A DNA stretch of 63,631 nucleotides, filler included, from Octopus bimaculoides (GCF_001194135.2; 5 parts of 5 records of this genome joined end to end with filler, not necessarily neighbours in it), one strand, 5' to 3'; positions 36,506 through 51,010 are shown, counted from the whole stretch's first letter. A program made the numbers and translations. Notes: generated by a model from the letters alone, not told the origin.

Positions 36506-38310
36506 ATTTATCACTGTGATCAGAAACCATAATCGTTTACACCATCTTAAATTGCAAAAAAAACAAAAGCTGAGTAGAGAAATAACAGATCATTTATAGT
36601 TCTCGGATATGGCTATAGGGTTTCATCTCTGGATGGAATTTGATGGTTATTACTATTTTACACAGAAGTGGTGGCTCAAAATTGCCTTCTTTTCGTAAAA
36701 CAATGTGGCTGGTTGATAGCAGTCACGCGATCAAGAGATGGTTCTTTTTTCTTTTTCTTTTTTTTTTAAGGTGGTTTAGAATTGCTTCCCTTTAAGAACA
36801 GTATAGGTGGTTGATAGCAATCACATGATCAGAAGATAGTTCACGATTGTTCTGATTTCAAATAGTTGTTGTGGAGCTAAGATAGGCTTGTTTGCTGAAC
36901 TAGTTCTGTTGTGGTTCAGTAGTTTTGGTCGGTGTTTTGGGGTTTATACGTATGAACCTTGAGTAAAGAATGACATGTATTTGTATGTAAGTGCATGTGT
37001 ATATGTATGTGTGTGTTTTTTCTGAGAAATGCGAATAGCTTGTTTACGTGTGTGTGTGTGCGTGAGTGCGCTTGTGTATATGCGAGCATGTATGTACATG
37101 TGTACGTGTATGTGGATATTCTATTTGTGTGTGTGTGCCTGTGTGTCTACGTACGTGTGCACGCATGTGTGTGTGTGCATGTTGCGGTTGTCAGTGCGGT
37201 GTGTGTGTACGTGTGTATGTGCGTGTGTATGCCTGTGTATGCGTGTTATATTTGTTAGAGTGCTCTGTGTGTGTCCGTGTGTGTCCACTCATGCGGAGGT
37301 ATAGACACAAACACATACACACGTACACACACACCACTCTGACAACCGCAACACACACATACACCACCCTGACAACCGCAACACACACATACAGAGGCAC
37401 ACACACACAGACGTACACACAAACGCACACATATGTAGATACACACACGTACACACACACACACAAAGAGAACACCCACATAAGCGCACACATGTACGCA
37501 CACACATACATACACACATACACTTACACACAAATACACACTATTTTTACTTATGAGTCATACATATAAACCCCCAAAACACCAGCCAAAACTAATGAAT
37601 CATAACAGAACTAGTTCACCAAAGAAGTCTTTCTGAGCTCCACAAAATCTATTGATCATGTTACTGCCATCAACCACCCATACTAAGACACATTTAAAAA
37701 AAAACAGAACAGTCTCTTGATCACGTGACTGCCATCAACCAACCAACCAACCACATTGATTTTTCAAAAAGAAGGCAATTTTGAGCCACCACGTCTGTAT
37801 AAAATAATAGTAACTGTCAAATTCCATCCAGATGCGTGACTCTACAGCCATATCCGAGAACTATAAATGGTCTGTTATTTCTCTACTCACCTCTTTTTTC
37901 GATCTAAGATGCTGCAAACAATTATAGTTTCTGATTACAGTGAGACTAAAACTTTAGTAACCACTGATTGACAAACCAGACACGTTTTATCTTCTTGTCA
38001 AAGACTATTACGTGATTTTGATATATTTATGTAAGCTAATTTTTATCTTATCATTGTAAAGAAATTTTATTGTCTGGTCTTAATGTTTTTATGTAAACTA
38101 TTTTTGACTCATCACAGAGAATACACAAATCCTTAAGCTTCTTCTTATCATTGTCAAAGACTCTATCACTTGATTTGTATACATTTATGTAAACTCAATT
38201 TTGATATCACAGAGGATACAGAAAACCTCAAACTTTACTTTTGAAGATCTTTTTAAATAAGTGAAACTGGTTAAGTTAATTAATACTTTTAAAAGAACCC
38301 TGCATTTTCA
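35982..38310. repeat. 2.3-kb foldback (long diverged inverted repeat)
   Basis: Colinear inverted matches, e.g. aaccagtttcacttattt (~36021) vs 38255-38275; gtggtggctcaaaattgccttc (36669) vs 37772-37792; gttgcggttgtcag (37180) vs 37340-37382; spacer ~37236-37295. Confidence 0.88.
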
Positions 38311-39525
38311 GATTTTTTCTGTATATATATANNNNNNNNNNNNNNNNNNNNNNNNNNNNNNNNNNNNNNNNNNNNNNNNNNNNNNNNNNNNNNNNNNNNN
38401 NNNNNNNNNNNNNNNNNNNNNNNNNNNNNNNNNNNNNNNNNNNNNNNNNNNNNNNNNNNNNNNNNNNNNNNNNNNNNNNNNNNNNNNNNNNNNNNNNNNN
38501 NNNNNNNNNNNNNNNNNNNNNNNNNNNATATATATATATATATATATATATATAAACAAATAGTAAAGGAGTATATGCATATATACGTACAGGTATGTGC
38601 GTACCGACATCCACCTGTATGTATAGGTGCATATCTGAGTACAGGACATTGCAAACAAAATGTAGACGAGAAAACACACAAGCCACATAGAGAACATTCT
38701 ACTTCATCAGCTACCCCCGTTTTAACACCGGCGTATGTATGTATGTATGTATGTATGTATGTATGTATATATTATATATGTAAATATATATATATAATCA
38801 TAGATATATACATGCACACAAACAGAAACACGCGCATATATATATACTGTTTGTTTGAGACGGTCCAGAGTGCCTGTTACTCTGGACAGATTTAAATAAA
38901 TTACTTCAGTGTGTGTTTGTATTGAGTACTCCCCCGGATTGTTACCCAATAACTGTTTTCTCTTTTTCTTTTTTCCCTCCCCCCCTTCTCTCTCTCTCTC
39001 TCTCTCTCTCCCTATATATATATTTACACACACACACACACACACACACATGTATATATATATATATATATATACATGAGTCTATATGTGTGCCTGTGTG
39101 TGTGCGTATGTTGTGTATGCTTGTGTGTGCTTGTGTGTGTACATATGGACAATCGCTACTTACTAGCTTCAGAGTCTCCGAGTATTGTGTTTCACTGAGG
39201 TGCTACAATATACATCATATTGGATCCAACTACGAAAAGCTAAAGTCACGTCTAAATTTAGTAGTACACGTTAAGAGTTGATACATATCTCGTTGTTTTA
39301 ATTCTCACTGTTTTCCATGTCCTCAATAATGTAATAGCAGATTTGCAGACTTTATAAGGCACCACAGGATATTATTGTTTTCTGAATTTAGTAGATAAGA
39401 ATTGTTTTTGTCCAGCTTCAATATTCCCGGTGACAACTCTCACTGAGAGGACATAAACATGCCAAACTACTTGTGTCTTTGTCTTAGACTCTTCTGACGT
39501 CATATATACACATTTATATATATAC

Positions 39526-39568
<43 letters not shown>

Positions 39569-39600
39569 CATACATACATATATAGATATATATATATATA

Positions 39601-41268
39601 TCACCTTGACCGACCAGTCCGTCGGGCGTCCATTTGACACCGCTGGTCACAGCACGCTGTCCACTCCTCTCTGGATCACGCCTTCCTCATCCATGTGGTC
39701 CCAATCGCCCTCCTAAAATCGTAACTCCACCGTCGTGGAGGCCTTCCGAGTGGTCATTTCCGCTCACGCGGGTACCACTCGACAACTGCACAGGTCCACT
39801 GATTATCCGTCAGCCGGGCGACGTGTCCAGCCCATCTAAACTTGCTGCCTGTGTATTCTACGATGACATTCCTCACGCCGGACTTCTGTCTGATGACCTC
39901 GCTACCGATGTTCTCTCTCAACGAGATTCCAAACATTGACCTCTGCATGGCTCTTTGAGCCGGTACCAATCATTGCTCTTCTCTCTTTGTTGTAGCCCAT
40001 GTTTCACTACCATATGACATTACAGGTAGAACTGTGCTATTTATGAGGTGGTCCTGTCCAACCTTCCCTTGAGCACATCCTTTATGCCATTAAACGCCTT
40101 CCATCCGGCCCTTATTCTCCGCGAGATCTCCTTTTCGATGTCTCGGCACATGTTCACTTCATGTCCTAGTTAGACATATTCCTTTACTTTCTCTATTTCA
40201 TCACTGCCGACCACCATTCAACCTGTTGATACGTTGTCGGTCCGCATGAACTTCGTTTTCATGCGCTTCATCTTGAGACCTACTGCAGAGCTTTTGATGT
40301 CGAGCTCCGTCAGCATGGTCTGAAGCTGATCCGTGGTTTCAGCGATGATTACGATGTCATCAGGAAACAGAGGTGGGTAAGTAGCTCGCCATTGATGTTG
40401 ATACCGCCTTGCCAGTATGATGATCTGCTCAAGACATGCGGTGAAAAGGGACATGGCACTATATAAATCGGAGATGACGGCCCTGAAGAATACGGATGGA
40501 TTACCGGTTGACGATAAGAGCGAGATGGAAAAAGTTTGCGAAGACTTCTACACCAAGCTCTTTAAGTCTACCAGAAATGTCCAGCCGTTACCACCACTCC
40601 AGCGGGAAGAAAAAGTGCCACCTATCCTTGTCAGTGAGGTCGAAAGAGCCATCGGCTTGATGAAAAACGGAAAGGCACCAGGGAAAGACGGTATAACATC
40701 GGAGGTGTTAAAGTCAGGCAGAGAGCAACACTGGAAAATCCTCGCTGAGCAATTCACGCACTACCTTGACGAGGGAAGAACTCCCTCGCAGTAGAAAGAG
40801 TCAAATACTATCCTGCTATATAAGAAGGGTGATAGAAAATATCTAAAGAACTACCGACCCATATGTCTGCTGTCTCACGTGTACAAGCTGTTCACAAAGA
40901 TAATTCTGAATAGGTTGTCACGTCATCTCGACGAAAAACAACCGAAAGAGCAAGCCGGCTTCCGGAAGAACTACAGCACAATGGACCATATATTTACTCT
41001 AACACAACTACTTGAGCGAGCGAATGAGTACAACCTGCCTCTTTGCGTTGCGTTTGTAGAATATGAGAAGGCTTTCGAGATCGTCGAAACCAACGCAGTG
41101 CTGAACTCACTGTAGAGGCAAGGAGTCGAGGCGAAATATGTGCAACTGCCAAGGGAAGTAAATTCCGGATGCACCACCGACATAGCTCTGCTGTCATTAC
41201 CCGTACGCGTGCCGGTCGAGAAGGGAGTGAAGCAAGGAGATACGATCTCTCCAAAACTTTTCACCGCA
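39601..41268. mobile_element. RTE-clade LINE, 5'-truncated with 5' inversion, decayed
   Basis: Plus 40449-41268: RT N-half (KAPGKDGI, NYRPICLL, QAGFR, AFVEYEKAF, GVKQGDTISPKLFTA) with 2 in-frame stops. Minus 40448-39601: RT C-half (F.DDIVIIAE, YGSETW, WAGHVAR, WYPRERK) to the terminal TGA. Both ends abut (TA)n. Confidence 0.93.
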
Positions 41269-42249
41269 CATATATATATATATANNNNNNNNNNNNNNNN
41301 NNNNNNNNNNNNNNNNNNNNNNNNNNNNNNNNNNNNNNNNNNNNNNNNNNNNNNNNNNNNNNNNNNNNNNNNNNNNNNNNNNNNNNNNNNNNNNNNNNNN
41401 NNNNNNNNNNNNNNNNNNNNNNNNNNNNNNNNNNNNNNNNNNNNNNNNNNNNNNNNNNNNNNNNNNNNNNNNNNNNNNNNNNNNNNNNNNNNNNNNNNNN
41501 NNNNNNNNNNNNNNNNNNNNNNNNNNNNNNNNNNNNNNNNNNNNNNNNNNNNNNNNNNNNNNNNNNNNNNNNNNNNNNNNNNNNNNNNNNNNNNNNNNNN
41601 NNNNNNNNNNNNNNNNNNNNNNNNNNNNNNNNNNNNNNNNNNNNNNNNNNNNNNNNNNNNNNNNNNNNNNNNNNNNNNNNNNNNNNNNNNNNNNNNNNNN
41701 NNNNNNNNNNNNNNNNNNNNNNNNNNNNNNNNNNNNNNNNNNNNNNNNNNNNNNNNNNNNNNNNNNNNNNNNNNNNNNNNNNNNNNNNNNNNNNNNNNNN
41801 NNNNNNNNNNNNNNNNNNNNNNNNNNNNNNNNNNNNNNNNNNNNNNNNNNNNNNNNNNNNNNNNNNNNNNNNNNNNNNNTATATATATACATACATACAT
41901 ACATATATATCATTGTTTAGTTTTATTTCAAACTTTCTTGCCAATAGAGAAAGAGCCGGTGTTTCGAATCAGGATCTAAGGCTCTTTCATTTGAATTTCA
42001 ACATCAATAACATGGTATTTTTGTTCGTAAATCTGTATGTATGTATGTAAGTATGTATGTATATGTGAAGATTTCTATGTTTTGTTTTATGTATGTATTT
42101 TCATGCATATAGTTGCATATCTAGACATGTTCATACATATTTAATTGATAAACGTCTGGTAAGTTTTACACATTTTTGCGGTTCCAATGAGGGACACGAT
42201 CTGTAGTTTTTGAATTAGCTTTCTCTTTTCTGGTTTTGATTATTGTATG

Positions 42250-42280
<31 letters not shown>

Positions 42281-43262
42281 TTATGTATGTATGTATATAT
42301 TATATATATATANNNNNNNNNNNNNNNNNNNNNNNNNNNNNNNNNNNNNNNNNNNNNNNNNNNNNNNNNNNNNNNNNNNNNNNNNNNNNNNNNNNNNNNN
42401 NNNNNNNNNNNNNNNNNNNNNNNNNNNNNNNNNNNNNNNNNNNNNNNNNNNNNNNNNNNNNNNNNNNNNNNNNNNNNNNNNNNNNNNNNNNNNNNNNNNN
42501 NNNNNNNNNNNNNNNNNNNNNNNNNNNNNNNNNNNNNNNNNNNNNNNNNNNNNNNNNNNNNNNNNNNNNNNNNNNNNNNNNNNNNNNNNNNNNNNNNNNN
42601 NNNNNNNNNNNNNNNNNNNNNNNNNNNNNNNNNNNNNNNNNNNNNNNNNNNNNNNNNNNNNNNNNNNNNNNNNNNNNNNNNNNNNNNNNNNNNNNNNNNN
42701 NNNNNNNNNNNNNNNNNNNNNNNNNNNNNNNNNNNNNNNNNNNNNNNNNNNNNNNNNNNNNNNNNNNNNNNNNNNNNNNNNNNNNNNNNNNNNNNNNNNN
42801 NNNNNNNNNNNNNNNNNNNNNNNNNNNNNNNNNNNNNNNNNNNNNNNNNNNNNNNNNNNNNNNNNNNNNNNNNNNNNNNNNNNNNNNNNNNNNNNNNNNN
42901 NNNNNNNNNNNNNNNNNNNNNNNNNNNNNNNNNNNNNNNNNNNNNNNNNNNNNNNNNNNNNNNNNNNNNNNNNNNNNNNNNNNNNNNNNNNNNNNNNNNN
43001 NNATACAATGATAACTATAATAATCTATCATAATAATAATATATATATACATATATATATTCTCCGATTTAAAGCGGCATGTATATTGGGTGAACGTGTG
43101 CATGTAGCCGTAAGTGTTGTTATATGAGTTGGATTCTGGCAAGGGCTAGCTCATTAATTTTCAGTCACTTTGTTTATATATAAATGTCACAGTTATTATT
43201 GTACTAATAGACTTCGATAGTCGCTTTCTCTCCGTAAATTTGAAGGGCCTTCTGGTTTGTTT

Positions 43263-43294
<32 letters not shown>

Positions 43295-43358
<64 letters not shown>
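43295..43358. repeat. (GAAA)n microsatellite
   Basis: Direct inspection. Confidence 0.95.
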
Positions 43359-43359
<1 letters not shown>

Positions 43360-43611
43360 GAAACTGAGAAAGACAGAGACAGGACTTGATAACTTTCTAA
43401 ACCAGTCTCAGAGGTTTGGAAAATTGTCATGATTACTAGTTTTCTTCTACTAAACAATATACATACATAAGTATATATACGCAAAGAGAGAGGGAGAGAG
43501 ATGAATAGATGGATAGAAATAGATATAGATATATGTCTATATACAAACACATATAAATGCATCTTTATATATGTGTATGCACACATACACATACAACGAC
43601 ATATGTATACA

Positions 43612-43832
43612 TATATTATGGCAGCATTCACCAGTTTAAACAAGGACCCCATCCAGATGAGTTACAGGAGATTCCGAAGTCGTCTGGAGGCTGTGGTTGA
43701 AGCCAATTGCGATTTTATTGAAATAAATTTACTCTAGTTTTTCATGATATCTTTATGTAATTCTTAAAATGAGATATGAGTGTTATTTTCATTTTTGCGA
43801 AATTTAGACGACAATTTAATCACTGCACCCTG
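43612..43832 (+). mobile_element. maT transposon 3' end (same family as 16746-17240)
   Basis: IMAAFTSLNK...RRFRSRLEAVVEAN matches the C-terminus at ~16880-16960; ends in gcaccctg followed by TA. Confidence 0.75.
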
Positions 43833-44800
43833 TAAATATATATATATATATATATATATANNNNNNNNNNNNNNNNNNNNNNNNNNNNNNNNNNNNNNNN
43901 NNNNTTAATTAATTAANNNNNNNNNNNNNNNNNNNNNNNNNNNNNNNNNNNNNNNNNNNNTATATATATAGCAATCCTTCAAGTATCACAAGTGTTGCAT
44001 TCCAAAACAGCCCGCGATATGTGAAAATTCGCGAAGTAGAAACAGTACTGTACTATATATATTTGTATACATTTATTTTAATATAAATGCAAAACAACAT
44101 CACAGAGGAATCTACACACCGCGGTAGGTGAACCGCGATATGGCGAGTGATTACTGCTTATATATAACATATTATTTGAATGTTTAACGGCAAGATTTCA
44201 TTTCATTGAAGTGAAGCAGAAAAGAAGTAGGTTACCTTAATCTCCACAGCTTCGAAGCTCGCGGCAGCAGGCCAACTGGGGGCAACTAGTACAGGTGGCA
44301 ACGTGTTGGCATACTGGGCTTTAAGCCATGATGGAGAGCAAATGTTTTAAACAATTGTTTTGCAGTCTGGACGCACATCAAGAGAGATGGCACTGCTTGG
44401 TTTGGAAATCCCCTCATCCGCTTTGGCAATTCTCTGTATTCTCAACTGTCTTGACTTCCTCTCTCCAACTCGTATCTCTCTCTCGCTTTTTGTACTTGTA
44501 TATTTTATTGGCAGCTGTTTGATCACCACAAAACACATACATTCATACATGCATACATACATACATACATACATACATACATACATACATACATACATAC
44601 ATCACGCGCATATATTAATGAATATCAGAACAGAGATTCACATATCCAGGTTTGTGATACAGTTAATCACATCTTTCTTTGTCAGTACCTACACATATTC
44701 CCACTGCAAGCCGGTGCACACTGCATATAGTGCACCTTGATGTGAATCTGGGTGAGGATTAACCGAGTATAATAAATTTAACTAACTAGGGTTCATCTAC

Positions 44801-44881
<81 letters not shown>

Positions 44882-44884
44882 CCT

Positions 44885-45188
44885 ATTTTACTCTTTTATT
44901 TTTTCAGGCGTTTGACTGCGGCCATGCTGGAGTACCGCCTTTCAGTCGAACAAATCGACCCCACGAGTTATTCTTTGTAAGCCTGATACATATTATATCA
45001 GTCACTTTTGCCGAACCACTAAGTTACGGGGACGTAAACACACAAACATCGGTTGTCAAGCGATGGTGAAGAGACCGACAATAAGACCTAGTACTTATTC
45101 TATTGGGTACTTTTTCCAAACCGCTAGGTTAAGGGGATGCAAACACAGACACAAAGATGCACATGCAGAGATACATACATACATACGT

Positions 45189-45238
<50 letters not shown>

Positions 45239-45385
45239 GACGGGCTTCTCTCAGTTTCCGTCTACCAAATCCACTCACAAGGCTTTGGTCAGCCCGCGAT
45301 TATAGAAGAAGACACTTGCTCAAGGAGCCACTCAGCTGGATTGAACCCGGAACCATGTATGCAAGCTTCTTACCATTCAGCGCCT
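44885..45385 (-). mobile_element. SINE family A with internal duplication
   Basis: Tail, duplicated ctagtacttattctat segment, (TA)n core, head. Confidence 0.82.
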
Positions 45386-45629
45386 AAATATATATANNNN
45401 NNNNNNNNNNNNNNNNNNNNNNNNNNNNNNNNNNNNNNNNNNNNNNNNNNNNNNNNNNNNNNNNNNNNNNNNNNNNNNNNNNNNNNNNNNNNNNNNNNNN
45501 NNNNNNNNNNNNNNNNNNNNNNNNNNNNNNNNNNNNNNNNNNNNNNNNNNNNNNNNNNNNNNNNNNNNNNNNNNNNNNNNNNNNNNNNNNNNNNNNNNNN
45601 NNNNNNNNNNNNNNNNNNNNNNNNNNNNN

Positions 45630-45671
<42 letters not shown>

Positions 45672-48600
45672 AATTTTTCTAAGCCTGTAAAAACAACTCG
45701 GAAGTTTGAACCTCTAGCACGGCCTTTCGCGACTCCCTTAAGCCAGGAATTTTTCAGCATCCCCTCGTACATACATACACACAAAAGAGGATTTCCCAGC
45801 AATTTCTGTTCAATATATTCACCGCTCATAATGAACTGGTCTGTGCCGGGCAGTTATAGATGACACAATCCAAAATACTGCAGAGTGGAACTGAATTCGC
45901 AACCCCATGTTTGGGAGGCGAAGATTTTTTTTTTACCACACGTCCATTCCTCAACATTTATTTCTGCAATCATTTACCCTACCTATATATATATATTGAC
46001 GTTTTCTTGGTTGATTATGCAGCGAAAGCGCGTGGCTTGGTGGTGAAGGGTATTTGTCTTACAATCGCAAGACCGAGAGTGCGATTCTCGGTGGTGCGAT
46101 GTGTCCTTAAGTAAGACACTTTATTTCCCGTTACTCCAGTCCACTCAGCTGCCAAAAAAATGAGTTTTACATGTAGTTCAACGGGCCAGCTTTCTCACAT
46201 TCTGTGTCTTGCTAGATCTCAGGCGGATTATGTAAAGGTATCGCTTGTGTGTAGAGTGCTCATTAATTTCACGAGCAGGACGTTCTGTTGATCGAATCAA
46301 TTGGAAGGCTCGTCGTCGCAACTGACGGATTGCCAGATTTTAATACTATAATTAACGCAGCCTATGAAAAATTCATTCAAAGAATTAAAATCATTGACTC
46401 CCATGATATGCCAAATATTTGGTTTTAAGATTGATTGGTCTTACGAAAAGTTATACGTTTTTGGTGCAAACTTCAAGTATGGCAGATTATATGATGTTTG
46501 ATTAAACATTGCTGTACTTGAAAACTGACGTAACAAAACAATATCGTCCGAGAATTCTAGGAACTGTATAACTAAACTTAAACTGCTCTGAATTTAAAAA
46601 CCTATATAGAAACTACATACAAGTCATAAGATATTTAAATATTCATAACAAAATTGGCTTCAGAAATCTCTCTCCTCAAGATATATTAAATAGTGCAGCG
46701 ATCTGAGGAAAACCTGTTCTTATTGAAGCAAACTCTTCCTTGCATTGAAGAAGAAATTAATTTCCGGTATCTGATTAGTGAAGTTTAGACTGAAATCAAA
46801 AGTCCCAAAGAGAATTCGTTATCGATTTTTATTCGGAGTGCTATGAGTACAGAGAAGTTATGGGGCGGAATATGACCAGAATTTAAACTTTCAAATAAGG
46901 CATATGTTTCCTTTCTAACTTCTACTAACTTGAAGAAGCTTATGTATTGTGAATATAAGCATTATAACATTGCTTACATGCAGTGCTTTTTTTTTTTTTT
47001 CAAAATGAACATTGCTGCTAAGTTCTGTTTATAGCAAGAATCCTAAGTATACTGTCCTTTGTGAATATAATAACTCATTACTTTCTTGTAGTGCTGTTGT
47101 CTTTTTTATTTCAAAATATTTGTTATTTCGTCCGTTTCCGATTTCGCGATCATGCTGCAATCTACTACGTCCTATTATAAAGCGTTGACAATTTGCAAGG
47201 TCGGTTAGCACAAGATAAAAAAAAAATCAATCTTAACCGATTTTCATCAAATCAACGATTTGACTAGCTTTAATGCCTAGCTACATTCGTAAACGGATTC
47301 ATATGTATTATATCAAGAAAGAAAATTCTCAGTTAGTAGAATTTAAAGCTCTGCTTTCTGTTCACTGTTGTCATGCACAAGATTACTAATAACCTCGCGA
47401 AAAACTTCTTTTCCTATTATCATTCGTTGATACAAAGCCAGATACTGACATTATCAAATGTAGTTCAAATCAAATTCTCTGCTGATGGATTAGTTTATCG
47501 ATCACGGAAAGATCGCTAAAATAACGTATCATAACTGCTGATAGTATATTAGAGTCAAGTAGATCGGCGTTAAAAGATAGACTTTACCTGCACAAACGTG
47601 TTATATTTAAATGTTATCTAAGACAAGCGATAGTTTGAATGTCAAGTAATCATTCGGAGTTTCTAGATTGAAGGAAGATCCAAGTACCTATTCACAATGG
47701 CAGCTGTCTAATGTATATTTCTGTGTTCTGTAGAACATCGGTAGAAATGGTTGAATCGTAGAAACTTGGAAGGAGTGGGAGAATTGTAAAACGTTAGACC
47801 AATTAACTTACGATATTTAGTTGCGGCTATTTATGTTTTGAATTCAAATGTCAGTGAGTTTGGTTTTGTTTTTTTGTTTCTAGGGTCAATAAAAAACAGT
47901 CACAGTCATCTACTGGGGTTGATTTCATATCCTTATAAATCGTTCTAAATGTGAATTGAATTACTGTGTAACTGAAGTCGAGGAAAACATAAGGTATTTT
48001 AGCCATCCTTTGAAGAGAGCTCGATGAAATAAGATAAAGATTGATGCAATTACTTGAATCGATATGGTCGAATAAAAAAAATTGAAATCGGTGCTCCAGC
48101 ATGGCAGCATTATATGACTGAAACTGAGTAGAGATTGTATACCTAAAAATATATTTGTATAATATTTTATTGAACGACTCCGAAATTGTATCTGTGTTAT
48201 GCTCGGACCGAAAACCTCCGTAAATTGTTTTCATTTTTGTTCCTTTTGTTCTATTGAAGCGTTCGGGGCAGAGAGCCCCCAATATGGTTTTTGCTTCCAT
48301 ATATATTGCAGTTAAGTCGTCTACCATGGATGCTGATAAAACAGTTCTATATTCAAGAGATGAGGAATTATGTACATTATTTATATTATTTACATTTGAC
48401 GGATATTTGTCCTCATTTTGGTATTATTTTAATTCGATTAGCATTGTCTCTTTTTTTATTCATGGTTATTGTTGATATTTTGCATAATGCGGTGAGCCGG
48501 CAGAATCGTTAGCAAGCTGGACAAAATGCTTAGCGGAATTTTCTTCCGTCTTTACGTTCTGAATTCAAAATCCGCCGATGTTGTCCTAATTTCTTCTATT

Positions 48601-48999
48601 CTTTCGGTGTCGATGAAACAAGTACAAATTGAGCTTTGAGGTTGTTGTAATCGACCAAAATTTGAAACCATCATTAATAGTCTGCGTTGCTATGAAAACA
48701 GCTTTTTCTTTAGTTTGTATTCTGTGTGGGAAATGTGTTTTGTACCTTTTCAACTTTTCTTAGTTTGCTGTGAAAAATTCACAACCATTTTTTTAGGGGT
48801 TGTCAGTAATGTGAAGCAAAGAGGAAACAATATTCAAAAACCTGTCTAAGGGTAAACTCCAAACTTCAGGAACTTATCTGTACTCTAGTGATTTTTTGTT
48901 AAAACAATATTTCATTTAATAAAATACTTTTCTTCAGAGCGAGTGGTAGACATCGCCTACTTTATCTACATATAATCATGACGTGGGGGAGGTAGATGA

Positions 49000-49746
49000 T
49001 GATGATTATGATGAGGAGGATGATAATGATGATGGTGGTGGTGATGATGATGGTGGTAGTGATGATGTTGATGATGATGATGATGATGATGATGGTAGTG
49101 ATGATGAGAGCTATTACAGATAACGTGGATAGTGCAAAACGGATTTCAGAGAGATTTACCAAGCGTGAGGGTTAATGATATTTACGAAGTAATAAACCGC
49201 AACGAAATCGGTTTATAAAAAAAGCATTGATCAGATAAGCTATGATAATGTAAGATATATTCGATAATTTCTTTTGGAGAAACCTGTTAAATACCATTAA
49301 AGAAACACGTACAGAACACCACTAGCACAACCAACACCACCGACAAGAGCGGCGACACAGCAGCAATACTGCTCTTATTACAATTAGTCAAGAAAAGAAA
49401 ACTCTACGTGGTTGATCGTAGTAAAACCTCTCTTATATCAGGTAGCAGCAGCGGCGGCAGCGATAGCGGTGGCAGCGGTGTCAGCGGCGGCNNNNNNNNN
49501 NNNNNNNNNNNNNNNNNNNNNNNNNNNNNNNNNNNNNNNNNNNNNNNNNNNNNNNNNNNNNNNNNNNNNNNNNNNNNNNNNNNNNNNNNNNNNNNNNNNN
49601 NNNNNNNNNNNNNNNNNNNNNNNNNNNNNNNNNNNNNNNNNNNNNNNNNNNNNNNNNNNNNNNNNNNNNNNNNNNNNNNNNNNNNNNNNNNNNNNNNNNN
49701 NNNNNNNNNNNNNNNNNNNNNNNNNNNNNNNNNNNNNNNNNNNNNN

Positions 49747-49788
<42 letters not shown>

Positions 49789-49915
49789 CAGTAGTAGTAG
49801 CAGTAGTAGTAGTGGTAGTGGTGGTGGTAGTAGTAGTGGTGGTAGTAGTAGTAGTAGCAGCAGAAGCAGCAGCAGTAGTAGTAGTAGGAGGAGGAGGAGG
49901 AGGAGGAGGAAATGG
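49000..49915. repeat. Triplet-repeat mosaic (GAT/GGT, GCA/GCG, TAG, GAG) spanning a gap
   Basis: Direct inspection; gives only poly-S/T/I pseudo-ORFs. Confidence 0.9.
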
Positions 49916-50254
49916 CGAGATAGGTAGCTGTCCTGCAGATTTCATGGAAGGTATATGCGATTGAACAAAATGCTCCTTATTAAATTATTCTTACAGATGC
50001 ATTTAGCATTCTTAAGCAACCTAAACGTCTTTGTGGGCATACAATTTAGGATAACTCGAGTCACCCTATATTGCTCTTTCTCATTTTGGGAAGATTTCCC
50101 TTAATTTTGCTTCTGGTTTGTAAGATTCTTTATGGGAATTTGTGTTTTGAAATAAATTTTGTTTTGTCTAGTGAGACTCATTATGTCAATATTATTAACA
50201 CACGAACTGTCAATATTATGTCGATATTATTATTGACCACACGGTATTTCGTCT

Positions 50255-51010
50255 GTCTTTATGTTTGGAGTTCAAATTCCGCCGTGGTCGATTTTATCTT
50301 TCATCCTTTCGGGGCCGACTAAATAAGTACCAGTTACGCAATGGTGTTGATGTAATCGACTTAATCCCTTTGTCTATCCTTGTTTGTTCCCTCTATGTTT
50401 AGTCCCCTATGGGCAATAAAGAAACAAATATTATTATTCAGCACAAGGCTGTGAGCTGGCAGAATCGTTAGCACACCGGGCGAAATGCTTTACTGTATTT
50501 CGTCTGGCTTTACGTTCTGAGTTCAAATTCCACCGAGGTTGACTTTGCCTTTCATCCTTTCGGTGTCGACAAATTAAGTACCAGTTGCATACTGGCATCA
50601 ATCTAATTTCGGGCCTTGTACCTAGAGTAGAAAAGAATATTATTATTGAAGACGCACTGGTTCAATTCCACTTTATTATCGGTCACTTATCACTTGATAA
50701 TTTGTCCTTATTGTATTTTGTTGCTCAGTGCGAATCTGTTTTTATTGTTTTTATTCCACATTTAGTCCACATAGTCTTCCTAAGTGTTGAGTGGTTGCGG
50801 TGGCCTTGTGACTAATATATTATTTATAATATGTTTAAGAGAGTGAGGTGGTAGAATCGTTACCGCACCAGACAAGATGCTTAGCAGCATTTTTTTCATA
50901 TTTTACACTCTGAATTCAATTGCTGCCGGGATCGATTGTGCCTTTCATCATCTTTTCCCCGTGGATAAAGCAAGTACCAACTGAACACTGGGATTAATGT
51001 AACTTGACTC
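50255..51010 (+). mobile_element. Cluster of three SINE family B copies
   Basis: Copies at ~50255-50430, 50448-50600 and 50843-51010 match 62482-62710. Confidence 0.85.

Noticed and set aside
36269-37569. CV/HT/YI-rich ORFs here and throughout the window
   Set aside because: Translations of (CA)n, (TA)n and (TACA)n microsatellites.
49412-49945. Poly-Ala/Ser/Thr/Arg ORFs suggestive of a low-complexity protein
   Set aside because: Triplet microsatellite mosaic spanning a gap, with no non-repetitive coding flank or splice support.
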